Source: Williopsis jadinii (taxonomy: Eukaryota). From it: a stretch of 64,000 bases of DNA. The position numbers and the translations under genes are program-made. Below the pieces are notes generated by a model. That model was not told the origin of the DNA. It saw nothing but the letters and a program-made list of their open reading frames with translations, and ran no database searches. How positions within the stretch are numbered: position 1 is the first letter of the stretch; each line of letters begins with the position of its first letter. Positions 1-11,395 of the stretch are shown here, piece after piece. The stretch spans positions 1,922,001-1,986,000 of the forward strand of contig AP024664.1 of assembly GCA_024346625.1 (NCBI GenBank), given 5' to 3'.

Positions 1-1724
1 TCTTCTTCTCCTTCTTCTTCGAGTTGTGGTGAGCTGTTAGCACTTCAAATGCCTTCAGTAGAGTCTCTTTGCTGAAGTTGTTCACTACCGAGGTGGAGCT
101 TTGAGGTGCCGTGTTCCGTATGATACAGATGTTGGCCTTTGAAACACAGCTTTGGTACATGAACATTGGTGGACAGTAACCCGAGTTCTTCCTTCTACGA
201 GCTTCGTAGAGAATGTCATTGGCAAGCCGGCACACTGATGGGATAAGGGCTTGACCATTGAGAGTGCGTCTCATATTCACACAAGTAATATGAGGACACT
301 CGAGGGATGTACACGCTTGATTGTGACGGTGGGAACAGCTGTATGTAGACTTTACTTCCATTTTCCCTTCCTTGGAGGTGGTGTATCGCATCTCAGCAAC
401 AATGGCTATTCTGAATCATAATTGATAATAAAGATAAGCACAAAGCTAACAAACAGATCACGTCTTTTCATCTTCTTCGCATAAACTCTCAACACCTTTA
501 GAAGCTCATCAAGAGACAAACCACAGCCCTGTGATACACTATGCTTGTGAATCTTCATACCTGTTCGAGGTGAATTCGAATCAACAATTACACTGGCCTC
601 TTCGCTGTTTAAACAAGAATGAGTGGTGATGGTTGTTGAATATAACAATGGGCCATAGCTTGTGAGCGTCTCGACACCTTCCGGTTCTTCCTCTTCGTCA
701 ACATTTCCAGCCGTCTGTTTTACTCTTTTCCAATAAAGGCTCATAGACTCTGTGACTTTTACCTTGTCACACTGCATCAACAGCACTTCGATAATGATAC
801 TGATTGGGTTCAAACGCCTAAATGCTTACATTGCTGCATTCAAAACCTCACAATGCTTGGATGACATGATATCAAACTTTGGAGTTACCGAATTGCAAAG
901 TTGAAGACCTCTTGCACAGTCTTGCGTGTTGATGATGAGATTATAAGTGCTGTTGACTTTATTCTTCTCATGGATCTGACAGAAGAACCCCTTCATTTTT
1001 GAATTAGTGTGACTTTTTTAGGATCAGGTTCAAATATCAACTGGAGGAAGCTATGTTGCATATTCGTTCTATTTTCTACTGTTGCCCACTTGAAGAGATT
1101 TCTCTCAACGTATTTGGAGCATGCAGAGCCCTCAATTGGAACACCACACCGTGTTCTCAACATATCCAAGGATTTCTTAAGACCTGTATACTGATATGAT
1201 CTGATTTGCAACGGCGGGATGGTCGCATCAGTGGTACTATCATCATGCAATTGCAGACATACTCGTAGCTAGTTATGTGAGCTGCAATCTAAAACACTGT
1301 GGTATATATCACCTCAAAGCTGTACGCTTCCATTGAATGTGAACATCAGCAACTTGACGATTGGTTCCTCCACCTACCATTGGAAGGGGCTCATAAATCA
1401 TATCATCAGAAGCTGGAAAGAGAGCCTCTGAGCCCAAATGGAGTCCTACAGGAACCGTGAAAAGAGGCATAGTTTTCCCAGAAGGATGCAAAGGGCCTCA
1501 AAACTTCCCTTGAAGAAACAATAACTCCAAACAGTGTTTTTGTGCCAAAGCATTTTGGGGGATTTGTGTGTATAAATAACTGAAAGACGTGAAGATAGTC
1601 TGTCTTTCATTAGTAGACTCAATTCGTGTGAACCAGAGCTAGCTTGGTAGGTGATTGAGTGAAAAAGACACAGTTTTCATTACAGCTATAGTATATCTGA
1701 GAGGTTAGGTGTCACTTCCTAGTA

Positions 1725-3962
1725 ATGCTGAGTAAAGTTGCAGAGAGGGGTGCTCAAAGTGCCATCAAGTCTTTGAATTCGGGTGTGTTTGGTACTCTAC
1801 AGGGGACAGGCTTTGAAGCGGATGTCACCAAGATCAATATGGGAGAAGCAGCTGGGGTTGTTGGAGTGAATAACCATGAACATGTGGATGGTGAAGATAA
1901 CAACAACGATAAAGTTGAGAGCGAAACTGATGACAAATTGCAGCCAATGGAACATGATGACGTGGTGTACACACCTTTACAAAGTCCAGGCCCGTTCCTG
2001 GCTTCAGGCACCTGTGACATAAAGCTGGAGCCACTAAGCCTTGGTCAGTTGAGTAGCACCAGCGATGCGAATTTACTCACAGGATTTTCGAGTGCCTTAG
2101 TGGCATTGGCTTTGATGCAAATCAGCACATCCACATTCAATAAGGTTACTCCATCCATTACAGAGTATACAAACTCTTCCAAATTGTCACCACAAGTTCT
2201 AGAATACCAGGATTTATCACCTTCATCGAAAAGGGAATTCTCTAGAAGAAAGATAGTAGAAGAGATCTTAGAGACGGAGGAGAGCTACATAAGCTCCTTG
2301 AGAATCCTTTCAGGGTTTTACCTTGCAATGCTCATAGAAAAAGGAAACAATGGTGTTCCCTTGAGATTGATTCATGATTACGTTGACATTTTGATACAAT
2401 CGCATGAAAGTTTCCGAGACCAATTACAACACTTGTACTCATTGTCATCGAGAAATTCATTCATCGACTACTTTCCCAGTATAAGTGAAGAATTTGATTC
2501 AAAGACAAAGAGCCTATGCTCTCGCAGCTCACCAATGATGGCTGCTTTAGTTGCAGAATTGATAAGCAAGAGACTGATATCAGTTTATATCTACCAGGAG
2601 TACAATAGCATTTACGATTTAGTCTTGAAGTTGATGCAATCGAAAGAGGATGATCCCGACATTGGGAAAACCTTGACAATGGGCTATCAAAACTTCTTGG
2701 AAACATCTGGAACCATTGGAATGAGAATGGACTTATCATTTGTATCTTTGATATCTAAACCAATTTCAAGAATTTCCAAGTACAAGTTATTCTTGGAAAC
2801 GTTGAAAAAGATGACACCTATTGAAGATGACCAGATGGCTCACAGATCTATCCAGGATAGCATTATTCAAACAGAATACTGTCTTATGGAGGTCAATCGA
2901 TATGGATTGCAAGAGAAGAACATGGCAAAGAAATTGTTTGAAAGTTTGGTATTCCCTTCGAATTTGCTTCAATTCCCAGTGGAGTACTTGGGGTTCCCAG
3001 TGTTAAAAGGTGCATTGTACAGTGCCTGGGTAGGGAAGGATTCCCAAATTCAGTGCCAGTTACTCGGTGTTTTCCTATTTAAGACACATATAATATTGGC
3101 CAATGTTGTTAGGCCAAATAGATACGAAGTCAAATTCTTGATACCACTATCGGTTTCGAAGATTGTCGAATCAAACGATCCTCATGGTGGGATTCATACA
3201 AACTATGAATACTGTTTCAAGCTCGTGTTTGAGCATAAGTATCAATTGTTTGAGCTACTCTTACTATCCACAGATTCTCACGAGTCAACTGTTTGGAGGG
3301 AAAAGCTACACATCATGACTGACTTCATCAATGGACCTTGTCAATTTGATTATTCCTCATCAAAGTTCAACGAAGAGCAAGGGACACATTCGTCCTGTAT
3401 AATCCCATCTCCATTTCGTGCTTTCGATACTAAGCTTGATAAGGTTATGAGGCCATTCATAACGACAACATCAACTGGCTCAATAAGAAGACATCTTCAT
3501 CGCCGGTATTTAGAATCAGATTATAGTAACATTGGAGCCAGTGACAATTGCTACTTCTGTCAGGTATTTCCAATTGATGTTGAGCTCATATGTGATGCAG
3601 TTATTGACAATGCACTGAATTATGCCAGTAATAACTATCCAAAAAGTCCACATAAACCTCCGGTTATACATCTCAAGGACCTGGATAAATCAAGGATTGA
3701 GAATCAATTGGAAGATATTTGGAGCGATGAGTTGGTATCTAACGGCTTTCTTAGTAGGAGGGCCAAGAGTACACCTTCTAGAGCTCATTCCAGGACCAAG
3801 AGATCATCAGCTAGGGAATTTGGCCAGACTACACCAAAAGACGAGGATCTGCATGCGCAATTGAATAAAGACACTACAAAAAAGAGAGTTTCACTAATGA
3901 GAAAGACATCTATAGTCTTTGGAGATGCATTGAAGTCGATACTAGCTGGATCAAAGTATTGA
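1725..3962 (+). CDS. RhoGEF (DH + PH-like) domain protein, possibly Fus2-like cell-fusion factor
   Basis: 745-aa ORF with DH-domain signatures (RRKIVEEILETEESYISSL; LISKPISRISKYKLFLETL) followed by a PH-like region. Fus2 identity is inference only. Confidence 0.75.
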   Translation: MLSKVAERGAQSAIKSLNSGVFGTLQGTGFEADVTKINMGEAAGVVGVNNHEHVDGEDNNNDKVESETDDKLQPMEHDDVVYTPLQSPGPFLASGTCDIKLEPLSLGQLSSTSDANLLTGFSSALVALALMQISTSTFNKVTPSITEYTNSSKLSPQVLEYQDLSPSSKREFSRRKIVEEILETEESYISSLRILSGFYLAMLIEKGNNGVPLRLIHDYVDILIQSHESFRDQLQHLYSLSSRNSFIDYFPSISEEFDSKTKSLCSRSSPMMAALVAELISKRLISVYIYQEYNSIYDLVLKLMQSKEDDPDIGKTLTMGYQNFLETSGTIGMRMDLSFVSLISKPISRISKYKLFLETLKKMTPIEDDQMAHRSIQDSIIQTEYCLMEVNRYGLQEKNMAKKLFESLVFPSNLLQFPVEYLGFPVLKGALYSAWVGKDSQIQCQLLGVFLFKTHIILANVVRPNRYEVKFLIPLSVSKIVESNDPHGGIHTNYEYCFKLVFEHKYQLFELLLLSTDSHESTVWREKLHIMTDFINGPCQFDYSSSKFNEEQGTHSSCIIPSPFRAFDTKLDKVMRPFITTTSTGSIRRHLHRRYLESDYSNIGASDNCYFCQVFPIDVELICDAVIDNALNYASNNYPKSPHKPPVIHLKDLDKSRIENQLEDIWSDELVSNGFLSRRAKSTPSRAHSRTKRSSAREFGQTTPKDEDLHAQLNKDTTKKRVSLMRKTSIVFGDALKSILAGSKY

Positions 3963-4010
3963 TTCGTTTTCCTTTTTCTTTATTTACTGGCCAATGCTCA
4001 TCTGCTTTGA

Positions 4011-4346
4011 TCAATAACCATATTTCGAATCATTCGTTGATGTCCATGTCTTGTTGTTGACATCTGGAGAGCTTTTGTATTCACCGTTTTTACAAATCTT
4101 GACGATGATATCTTCAATAACCTTTGTGTGGAATTCTGATTCCAGGTCCAAATCGGAAGCTTCATCCAATACACCTTCTGAGCCTCTTCCAGTGTTTGGA
4201 GTATACACTTTGAAACCACCAGCAACAACGCTGGACAATGGGACAGATGGGTCCTTCTGGTACTTTTCGATAATATCATGGCTTTCGACAAAGACTATGA
4301 AGTCTCTGTGTTCACCTTTGAAGAAGACCTTGACTGGAGCTGACAT
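4011..4346 (-). CDS. RTC3: SBDS N-terminal-domain protein Rtc3
   Basis: 111 aa, VKVFFKGEHRDFIVFVES...GRGSEGVLDEAS...LESEF motif. Near NAM8, as in S. cerevisiae. Confidence 0.85.
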   Translation of the reverse strand: MSAPVKVFFKGEHRDFIVFVESHDIIEKYQKDPSVPLSSVVAGGFKVYTPNTGRGSEGVLDEASDLDLESEFHTKVIEDIIVKICKNGEYKSSPDVNNKTWTSTNDSKYGY

Positions 4347-4399
4347 TTTAATGCTGGTTGTATGAAGACGTGAGTATTAAAACTAAAACTAATTGAGGA

Positions 4400-4457
4400 A
4401 GGGGAGGGGGAAATTCGAACTTAGGGGTTTAAGAAGGGAATTTGAACACTTTATATA
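4400..4457. promoter_or_regulatory. STRE (AGGGG) cluster and TATA box upstream of RTC3
   Basis: AGGGG at 4400, 4405 and 4423; TATATAA on the minus strand at about 4451-4457. Confidence 0.5.
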
Positions 4458-4727
4458 CTTTCCCTAGTTCCAATAGAAGTTATCAAAAAGACAATGGCAA
4501 GGACGGGTGTTTGTTTGATTGCTATATATAAAACAGCAAGTTAGGTCTAGTCACGTGACACGATATTAAATATACGTCATAGGGCATATTGTCTTCTCTC
4601 CTAAACGAGTCAGCGTAGGAGTGCTATAATAGCTAAGAATTACAAGGTCTTGGATGTGACATATCATCATGGTTCATTCATTAGTATTAGTTTGTCTATG
4701 GTTAACATACTTAGTGCGTAGCCAATG

Positions 4728-4728
<1 letters not shown>

Positions 4729-4756
<28 letters not shown>
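4729..4756. repeat. (TG)14 microsatellite
   Basis: Perfect dinucleotide run immediately after the desaturase stop codon. Confidence 0.95.
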
Positions 4757-4757
<1 letters not shown>

Positions 4758-4759
<2 letters not shown>

Positions 4760-6161
4760 AGGCAGCGTCTGCAGTGCGGACAGGCTTTTTCATTATCGTA
4801 GCTTGTTCACCTGTGCGAACGATTTTCCTGCCTTCAGAGTCTTGTTTCAATGGCACATCTTTGTTCTCCTGTTGTTGTTGTCTCCAGACGATCTGCTCAG
4901 TCCCACCACTGAGAACAGCCACCCTCATAGTGGCCAAGAGGTTGTGCGCTGCTGTTGTGTGGTCGTAAACTGCACCGTTGAAGGCCGATGTAGCATCTTT
5001 ACCTATGGAGGAGCGAATCAAAGCCAATCCACCTGGATGGTCGTTCATGAACGGGGTAACATCATGGATAATTCCTGCAACGGCAACCAAAGCACGTTGC
5101 GGAGCTTCCTCTTTGGCCCATCTTCTGAATTCTTCTGGTGAAACAGTGGGCAATTTTTCAATAGGCACTCCCCAGTTCAGCTTAGCCCTTTTCCGATCAA
5201 TGATCTTCTGCTGTTGTTGTATCAGACACTGATTAATAGCAGCATTTGAAGATCTGTACAAGTTCCAAACGAACCCGAACTTGGACATTAGAAACAGGTG
5301 CCATTTGACAGGGTCAAAATCGTACCAGTGGATACCATTACGGTAATCCGCAGAGAACTCGTGGTGGAAGTTATTCATACCTTCACCAAACGTCAAGAAG
5401 GAGAAAAGCCAGTTATTTCTCATACTCTTACGATCATCAAATGGACGAGTGCCCAGTATGTGACCAAGGGAGTTCACAGAGAACAGAGTGTGCTGCATCA
5501 TTGCACCTCTTAGTAAGCCTGAAAATACCAGACCTCCAAGATAATCGTTCCAGAAAACACCACAGATAGCACTTGGGATCAAAACGCTGGTGATGACAAC
5601 TAGGCCCCAATAGTTGGCGTCTTGCCATATAACTAGCGGATCTCTCTCCAAATCATCACCGGTGCATTCCCTAATGGAGTTCTGCACTTTGATATGAGGT
5701 TTAAAGAGGAGCCAACCCATATGACTCCACAGAATACCCTTTCTTATAGAATGAGGATCCTTTTCAGTATCGACATATCTGTGATGGGCTCTATGCATGG
5801 CAGTCCACCATTTTATCGATCCCAGCCCACAGCTCGAACCGAAAACTGCGTAAGTAGTCTTAATCCAGGGCATCGCCTGGAACGACCTGTGTGCCCATAG
5901 TCTGTGATAGCCTGCTATAAAACAAGTACAGGTGAAACAGTAATACACCAGGGAGAACTTCAACGTGTTAGCATTCCACGGCAGCTCCATAGCATAGTAC
6001 AAGGCACACAGGGGAATCACCACCGTTATCATAGTGCCTGACCACTGGATATGACGATACCAGTTCCACAGAGTCCACTGTTTCTCATGAAGTTGCCTTC
6101 TAAGCGTCGGCTGTGACTGCCGCTTGACTCGCTGAGCCATAGGCTTCTGTTCCAGAGACAT
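4758..6161 (-). CDS. OLE1: Delta-9 acyl-CoA desaturase-like protein with C-terminal cytochrome b5 domain (divergent Ole1/Ole2-type paralog)
   Basis: His boxes HRLWAH, HRAHH and (N)NFHH; b5 motif HPGG. Probable start is ATG 6161 (MSLEQKP); the longer ORF extension is unlikely. Confidence 0.85.
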
Positions 6162-6506
6162 GAATCCGTACACACCTACACACTCGGTTCCTTCAACCAC
6201 CAAAGGCTCAGTATCGAAACGTTGGAGGAGGAGAGAGGCTGTAGAACTGTTGGTACCAGAGGTAATGAAAGCCCAACAAGCGATAAAAAAGTGTCTCTCG
6301 GGAAGCGACCACGCGCTCATAACCAACAAGTGTGGCCCCAACTAAAAAGTTTCTTTTTCACGCCTTTGTCGAAACTTTGTTTGGTTACCACAGTTACGGT
6401 TTTTACTCGTGAGGAAATTATTACTCGATTTGTTCATTTGATGAAACTCTTTCATGTTCAACGAGGCCATCCAATTGCTATTTGCCATTATCAAGAGAGC
6501 AGAAAC

Positions 6507-8444
6507 ATGAGTTCCAGAGCACTTAGAAGACTGGAGAGGCAGAGGGAGAGACTTGCTTCTGAGGAAGCACCAGAGGTTGATGATGAGGTTGAATACCAAC
6601 ATCCACCACAGCAACAGAAGGCGAAGAAGAACCTGTTTGCCCTGATTGGAGATAACTCTGACGATGACGTTGATGACCATGCCAGGGATGACACAGATGA
6701 AGCTGTGAAGCCTGAGCCTATGAAGGTTTCACTACCTACAAAGTCTCAGAAAAGGAAGAACAAGAAGAAGGTAAAGGCGCAGGTTGCAAAGGAAGACTCC
6801 GAGGATGAGTTTGATAAAGTGTTAAAAGAATACGGAATTGAGCCAGAACAAGCCATAGATACCACACAGGAGCTCGATATGGATGAAGATGATGAAGATG
6901 ACACCGCCCACTTCATATTGGACCCATCTTTCAGATTCTTCACCCCAAAGAAACAGGTGAGGTGTGCCAAACTGCTGTCCGTCGACACCAAGGACTTGGA
7001 CCCGGATAATGAGTTCAAGAAATTGTTTGGTAAGTTGTCACAAGAGGCAATTGACGATGCCAACTCTACAACTTCGACGTCTATACCACCTGAGGATCTA
7101 CAAAAGATCAGGAGAATGGCTAGGATCGTTAGAGGCTGGGGAGGTCGTGACAGAAGATCTATACCAGGTACTACTAGAAAGCTAGTATTGACTAAGATCA
7201 GAGACGATTGGATACCAACTCAAAAGAAAGATATGACCATAGAAGAGCTTACTGCTAGGGAGATTGTGCAGGACAGATTGTCCACAAGCGAAGATTGGAT
7301 CGATGTTATTAATAACGACGTCACCACTGAGTTGAAATACGGCATCAAGTATTACAAATTTGAAAGAGGTGAGGACTCAAAGATGGCAAACTCTCAATTC
7401 TTTGCGTCTGTTGTTCTTAGACCTAATCATGAAGCAGTGGCCCAATTATTGGGTAGATACCCTTACCATGTCGAAACCATCCTTCAAGTCGCACTGATAC
7501 TGATCAGACAAGGTGACAAGTCTAACTCGAATGGGTTAGTGGAGCGTGCACTCTTTGCTTTTGACCGTGCCTTTAAACAATCGTTTGAAATAGGCAATGG
7601 TCTCTCGAGACTGCCTTTCAATTATTACTTAAACCGTGAGTTTTACCTTGCCATCTTCAGGTACATCCAAGTCCTGACTAAAAAAGGTACACACTACACT
7701 GCGTTCACATATGCCAAACTCCTTTTGTCATTAGATCCATCAGAGGATCCATTTGGAGTGAGATATTTCATAGACTTTTATGCATGTATTGCTGGCGAAT
7801 TCCAATGGCTCGTGGATTTCGTCAACAGTGCGTTGGTCAAGACGTATACGAACTGGTATACTCCAGGACTGGCATATTCGTGCCCATTAGCACTCCTCTC
7901 TTTGGGGAAACATAAGGAGGCGAAGGAGGCTTTACAAAGAGCCTTTGTTGTACACCCGTATACTGGTTATAAACTATTGGAGAGCATTGGGTTGGCCGAT
8001 GACATCCCAGTGAACGACTATTCTGTTTTCGAAGTTGGGCCTGAGATAGAGGCCACTACAACTGCATACCTACTACAGGCTCCTGCTATTTGGAAGAATG
8101 CCCAGGATCGTACCTTCCTACACGACACTCTACTGGAGTTCATTCGCAGTGAAATAGCCCTCGACAACACCAGAGAGAAAAATGGCCTAATACCAAACAA
8201 CTTCATCAGATTTGCCATCTTATCCGATGAAGGTAAAGTCATGGCAAAGATTCCAAAGGAATGGTGGGAGGAGAATGAGATCTTTGAGTATGACATTTTA
8301 CCACCAAAAGTTGGAAACGTTGAGAGATTGGAAGATTTCATAGACGATCGTATCATGAACTCGTTCACCGATGACGAGCACTTGATGGAGATGGTAAGAA
8401 ACATGAGTCTACAAGAATTGATCGACAATGCACCACATGATTAG
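6507..8444 (+). CDS. RQC1: Ribosome quality control protein Rqc1 (TCF25 family)
   Basis: Typical MSSRALRRL start at ATG 6507; YPYHVETILQ, ERALFAF, KLLLSLDP.EDP.G motifs. Confidence 0.9.
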   Translation: MSSRALRRLERQRERLASEEAPEVDDEVEYQHPPQQQKAKKNLFALIGDNSDDDVDDHARDDTDEAVKPEPMKVSLPTKSQKRKNKKKVKAQVAKEDSEDEFDKVLKEYGIEPEQAIDTTQELDMDEDDEDDTAHFILDPSFRFFTPKKQVRCAKLLSVDTKDLDPDNEFKKLFGKLSQEAIDDANSTTSTSIPPEDLQKIRRMARIVRGWGGRDRRSIPGTTRKLVLTKIRDDWIPTQKKDMTIEELTAREIVQDRLSTSEDWIDVINNDVTTELKYGIKYYKFERGEDSKMANSQFFASVVLRPNHEAVAQLLGRYPYHVETILQVALILIRQGDKSNSNGLVERALFAFDRAFKQSFEIGNGLSRLPFNYYLNREFYLAIFRYIQVLTKKGTHYTAFTYAKLLLSLDPSEDPFGVRYFIDFYACIAGEFQWLVDFVNSALVKTYTNWYTPGLAYSCPLALLSLGKHKEAKEALQRAFVVHPYTGYKLLESIGLADDIPVNDYSVFEVGPEIEATTTAYLLQAPAIWKNAQDRTFLHDTLLEFIRSEIALDNTREKNGLIPNNFIRFAILSDEGKVMAKIPKEWWEENEIFEYDILPPKVGNVERLEDFIDDRIMNSFTDDEHLMEMVRNMSLQELIDNAPHD

Positions 8445-8683
8445 ACCTCTTGAATACTATAAGAAGACATATATAAACCTGTCATTGATTGGTTAAGTAG
8501 TGGCCCATACTTAATGGCCTCAACACCCGGACACCACTGTATTTCGCGAAGTTTTGAACTTTTTTCTCCCTCGCCAAATTTCGCAAAGGGGAGCTTACTT
8601 TCCCCCCCTTGGAAATGGAAAGCTTCCATAAACAACCCAGCACGTTGAAGTTTTTGTCTTAAGACCAGAGGGGAAAAGGAACA

Positions 8684-9193
8684 ATGAACTTCATCACACA
8701 AAGAGTTGCAAGCAGAGCTGTTAGAGGTACTACCAAGAGCCTTCTTTCAGCGAATATCTTGAGAACAAACGTTGTTGATATCAAACGTTTCCAGTCTTCT
8801 GTTACAACACCTCCACTGGGTAAAGACGTCCCATTGCAAGAGGATGGATATCCATACGTCAAGCCTGAGCTGTACTACTACAGAGACCCGGATGCGAAGT
8901 GGGATGATCCACAGAACCGTCGTAACGTTGGTGAATTGTTGAACCCAGATGATGACATTTTGAACTTGTGGGCTCCAACTTACTACGACACTGTGTCGGA
9001 TTCCACTGCAGTCTCATTCCAGCTGATATTCTTTGCAGGAGTGGGAGTCTTCAGTGCTTTCATGTACTTCTTTTTCTACCCAGAGCGTCGTGCTGTTCCA
9101 AGGGAGTATCCAGATGGGCTTGCACGTGACTTTGGAGCTAAGAACGACGACGAAGCCGCATTGTACGGTATGAGAGTGGACAAGACATACTAA
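8684..9193 (+). CDS. NADH:ubiquinone oxidoreductase (complex I) accessory subunit, ESSS/ASHI-like
   Basis: Mitochondrial presequence, RDP..KWDDPQNRRN.GE motif, one TM helix, AVPREYPDGL tail. Exact subunit uncertain. Confidence 0.7.
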   Translation: MNFITQRVASRAVRGTTKSLLSANILRTNVVDIKRFQSSVTTPPLGKDVPLQEDGYPYVKPELYYYRDPDAKWDDPQNRRNVGELLNPDDDILNLWAPTYYDTVSDSTAVSFQLIFFAGVGVFSAFMYFFFYPERRAVPREYPDGLARDFGAKNDDEAALYGMRVDKTY

Positions 9194-9994
9194 GAAGGTC
9201 CCCAGTTTGCTTTAACTTATCTATTCTATTTATTTTACCTTATTTATTTTACCAAAGTATATATATTTTTGACCCGTCACCATAACAACAACGTAGATCC
9301 TTGCAAAGACAACATCCAAACACCCAAACACCCAGACACCAGATCCTCACCAAATGTGAAAGTTTTTTCCCACCGCGCGCACCCGCGTGCGCCCTCTCTG
9401 GCGCACACTTTCAAAGCCTCGAAATTTAGCCGCTGTTCAGTGCACAAAGATCAAAAGGCAAAAACAAGAAAAAAGCATAAAAAGCTTCAGAACCAAACAA
9501 CAAACCACACACAACCGTTGGTACAAACGAGACAAATAATAACCGTTGGCATAGAGCGCTTAGTTCGAAAGAAGAAGATCTGTTTTGTGTTGAAGCAGAG
9601 GTTTCCATCCACGCTAATTAAATCGCCGCCAGTGAACCCAGATCAAGTGGTGTAGAACTTGAAGGAACAAACAAACAGAAAAAAAAGAAGCAATATCATC
9701 CCTTCGTGATCTGAAATACACGTTACATCTCTGACGAAGTGTTTTGTTTTGCTTTCCTTGTTTCCTGTTTGTGTTTGTGTTTTGATTTATCATTTTGTTT
9801 GAAGTTTTAAAATTACCCGCTGTGTTTCTGTTTCCATCATTTTAACCGTTTTGTGTTTGTTTACATTTTGTTGAAGTTGTAACGAAAACAAACATCAACA
9901 GTTTCTACGACTCATTTTATATTGTCCATTTCGTCTTCTGTCTCTCCTTTTTTTTTGAGTCTGTCACATACCATTTTTACTGTTATTTACAAGA

Positions 9995-11395
9995 ATGTCT
10001 TACAACGGTTATTCTCAACAGCCTCAGCAGCAAAACTATCATGCATACCGTCCACAGCAGCAATCGACGTTGCGTAATAGCTCTACCCAGCTATGGATGG
10101 GTGAGTTGGACCCATTTTGGGATGAAAGCTTCATCAAGGCCATTTGGCAATCGTTTGGGTTTGTTGATGTGAACGTGAAGATCATCAAGGACTTCAAGAC
10201 CGGAACCCAAGCGTACAACGCTGGGTATTGCTTTGTTGAGTTCCCGAATTTGAACCAGGCCTCCGATGCGCTCTCCAAGAATGGTTCTCGTATTGCAAAT
10301 ACAAGCAGATTGCTCAAGTTGAACTGGGCATCTGGTGGATCGACTGGAAGAAATAACAATGCCAATGCCAATTCTGGTGTTAACGGTAATGGTAATGGGT
10401 CTAACGAGAATTCCATCTTTGTCGGTGACTTAGCACCTGATGTTACAGAGTCCATTCTTTTCGAGTTCTTTGCATCCAAGTATCCATCAGTTACAGGTAC
10501 AAAGATCATGGTTGATATGCAATCTGGGTTGTCAAAAGGTTATGGGTTTGTGAGATTTTCTGGTGACACCGACCAACAAAGAGCCCTTGTAGAAATGCAA
10601 GGTGCCGTTGTCAATGGACGTCCAATTCGTGTGTCCACTGCAGTCCCAAAGAATCGTCAGCAGGGCCAGGGACAAGGTCAGGGACAAGTACAAGGTCAAC
10701 ATTTCCAACAGAGATTCCCTAACCAATACCAATCGCAGCAGTTCCCACACCAGCCACAACAGTTCCAACAGGAGCATCCACAGCAGCAACCTCTGCTATC
10801 CACCCCTAGGGCCCAACAAATCTTGGGATCGTTAGATTCCCAATACCAACCACCACTTAACCAGTTTACAGACCCTAATAATACGACAGTTTTCATCGGT
10901 GGGTTGAGTTCTGTCGTTACAGAAGAGGATCTGCGCCTGTATTTCCAACCTTTTGGCGATATTACTTATGTGAAGATCCCAATTGGGAAAGGCTGTGGAT
11001 TTGTCCAATATACAACTCGCACGTCTGCAGAATTGGCCATTTCAAAGATGCAGGGATACCCAATTGGTAACTCCAGGGTTAGGCTATCTTGGGGCCGCTC
11101 TAATGCAAACCCCAAGGGTCAGCATATGCAGTATAAACCTCAACAAGAGTTGCCTATACTGTATGGATTCGACCAAGAACCTCAACAGTTCTCACAGATC
11201 CCTCAACAGGGTTCCATTCCAGGTATAACTGGTGAATTTGGGGTCGAAAAGATTGTTCAGTCCGCTACAAACATCCAATTCGAAAAAGATAGATCACAAG
11301 GTATGGATCAATCAAGATTGAACCAACTATACCTTGCAGCTCGTGATGGGAGACTGGACACCATTGATTCTCTTTCTAACGGATTTGTCTTTTGA
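9995..11395 (+). CDS. NAM8: Three-RRM RNA-binding protein Nam8 (U1 snRNP-associated)
   Basis: QLWMGELDP, SIFVGDLAPDVTE, FTDPNNTTVFIGGLSS..., NSRVRLSWGRS. Close to RTC3. Confidence 0.85.
   Translation: MSYNGYSQQPQQQNYHAYRPQQQSTLRNSSTQLWMGELDPFWDESFIKAIWQSFGFVDVNVKIIKDFKTGTQAYNAGYCFVEFPNLNQASDALSKNGSRIANTSRLLKLNWASGGSTGRNNNANANSGVNGNGNGSNENSIFVGDLAPDVTESILFEFFASKYPSVTGTKIMVDMQSGLSKGYGFVRFSGDTDQQRALVEMQGAVVNGRPIRVSTAVPKNRQQGQGQGQGQVQGQHFQQRFPNQYQSQQFPHQPQQFQQEHPQQQPLLSTPRAQQILGSLDSQYQPPLNQFTDPNNTTVFIGGLSSVVTEEDLRLYFQPFGDITYVKIPIGKGCGFVQYTTRTSAELAISKMQGYPIGNSRVRLSWGRSNANPKGQHMQYKPQQELPILYGFDQEPQQFSQIPQQGSIPGITGEFGVEKIVQSATNIQFEKDRSQGMDQSRLNQLYLAARDGRLDTIDSLSNGFVF

Noticed and set aside
6162..6506. 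Apparent overlap of the OLE1-like and RQC1 ORFs
   Set aside because: An artefact of non-ATG starts in the ORF track. The likely ATGs (6161 and 6507) leave an ordinary divergent promoter.
9269..9655. 128-aa ORF upstream of NAM8
   Set aside because: TTG start, crosses promoter-like repeats, no recognisable domain.
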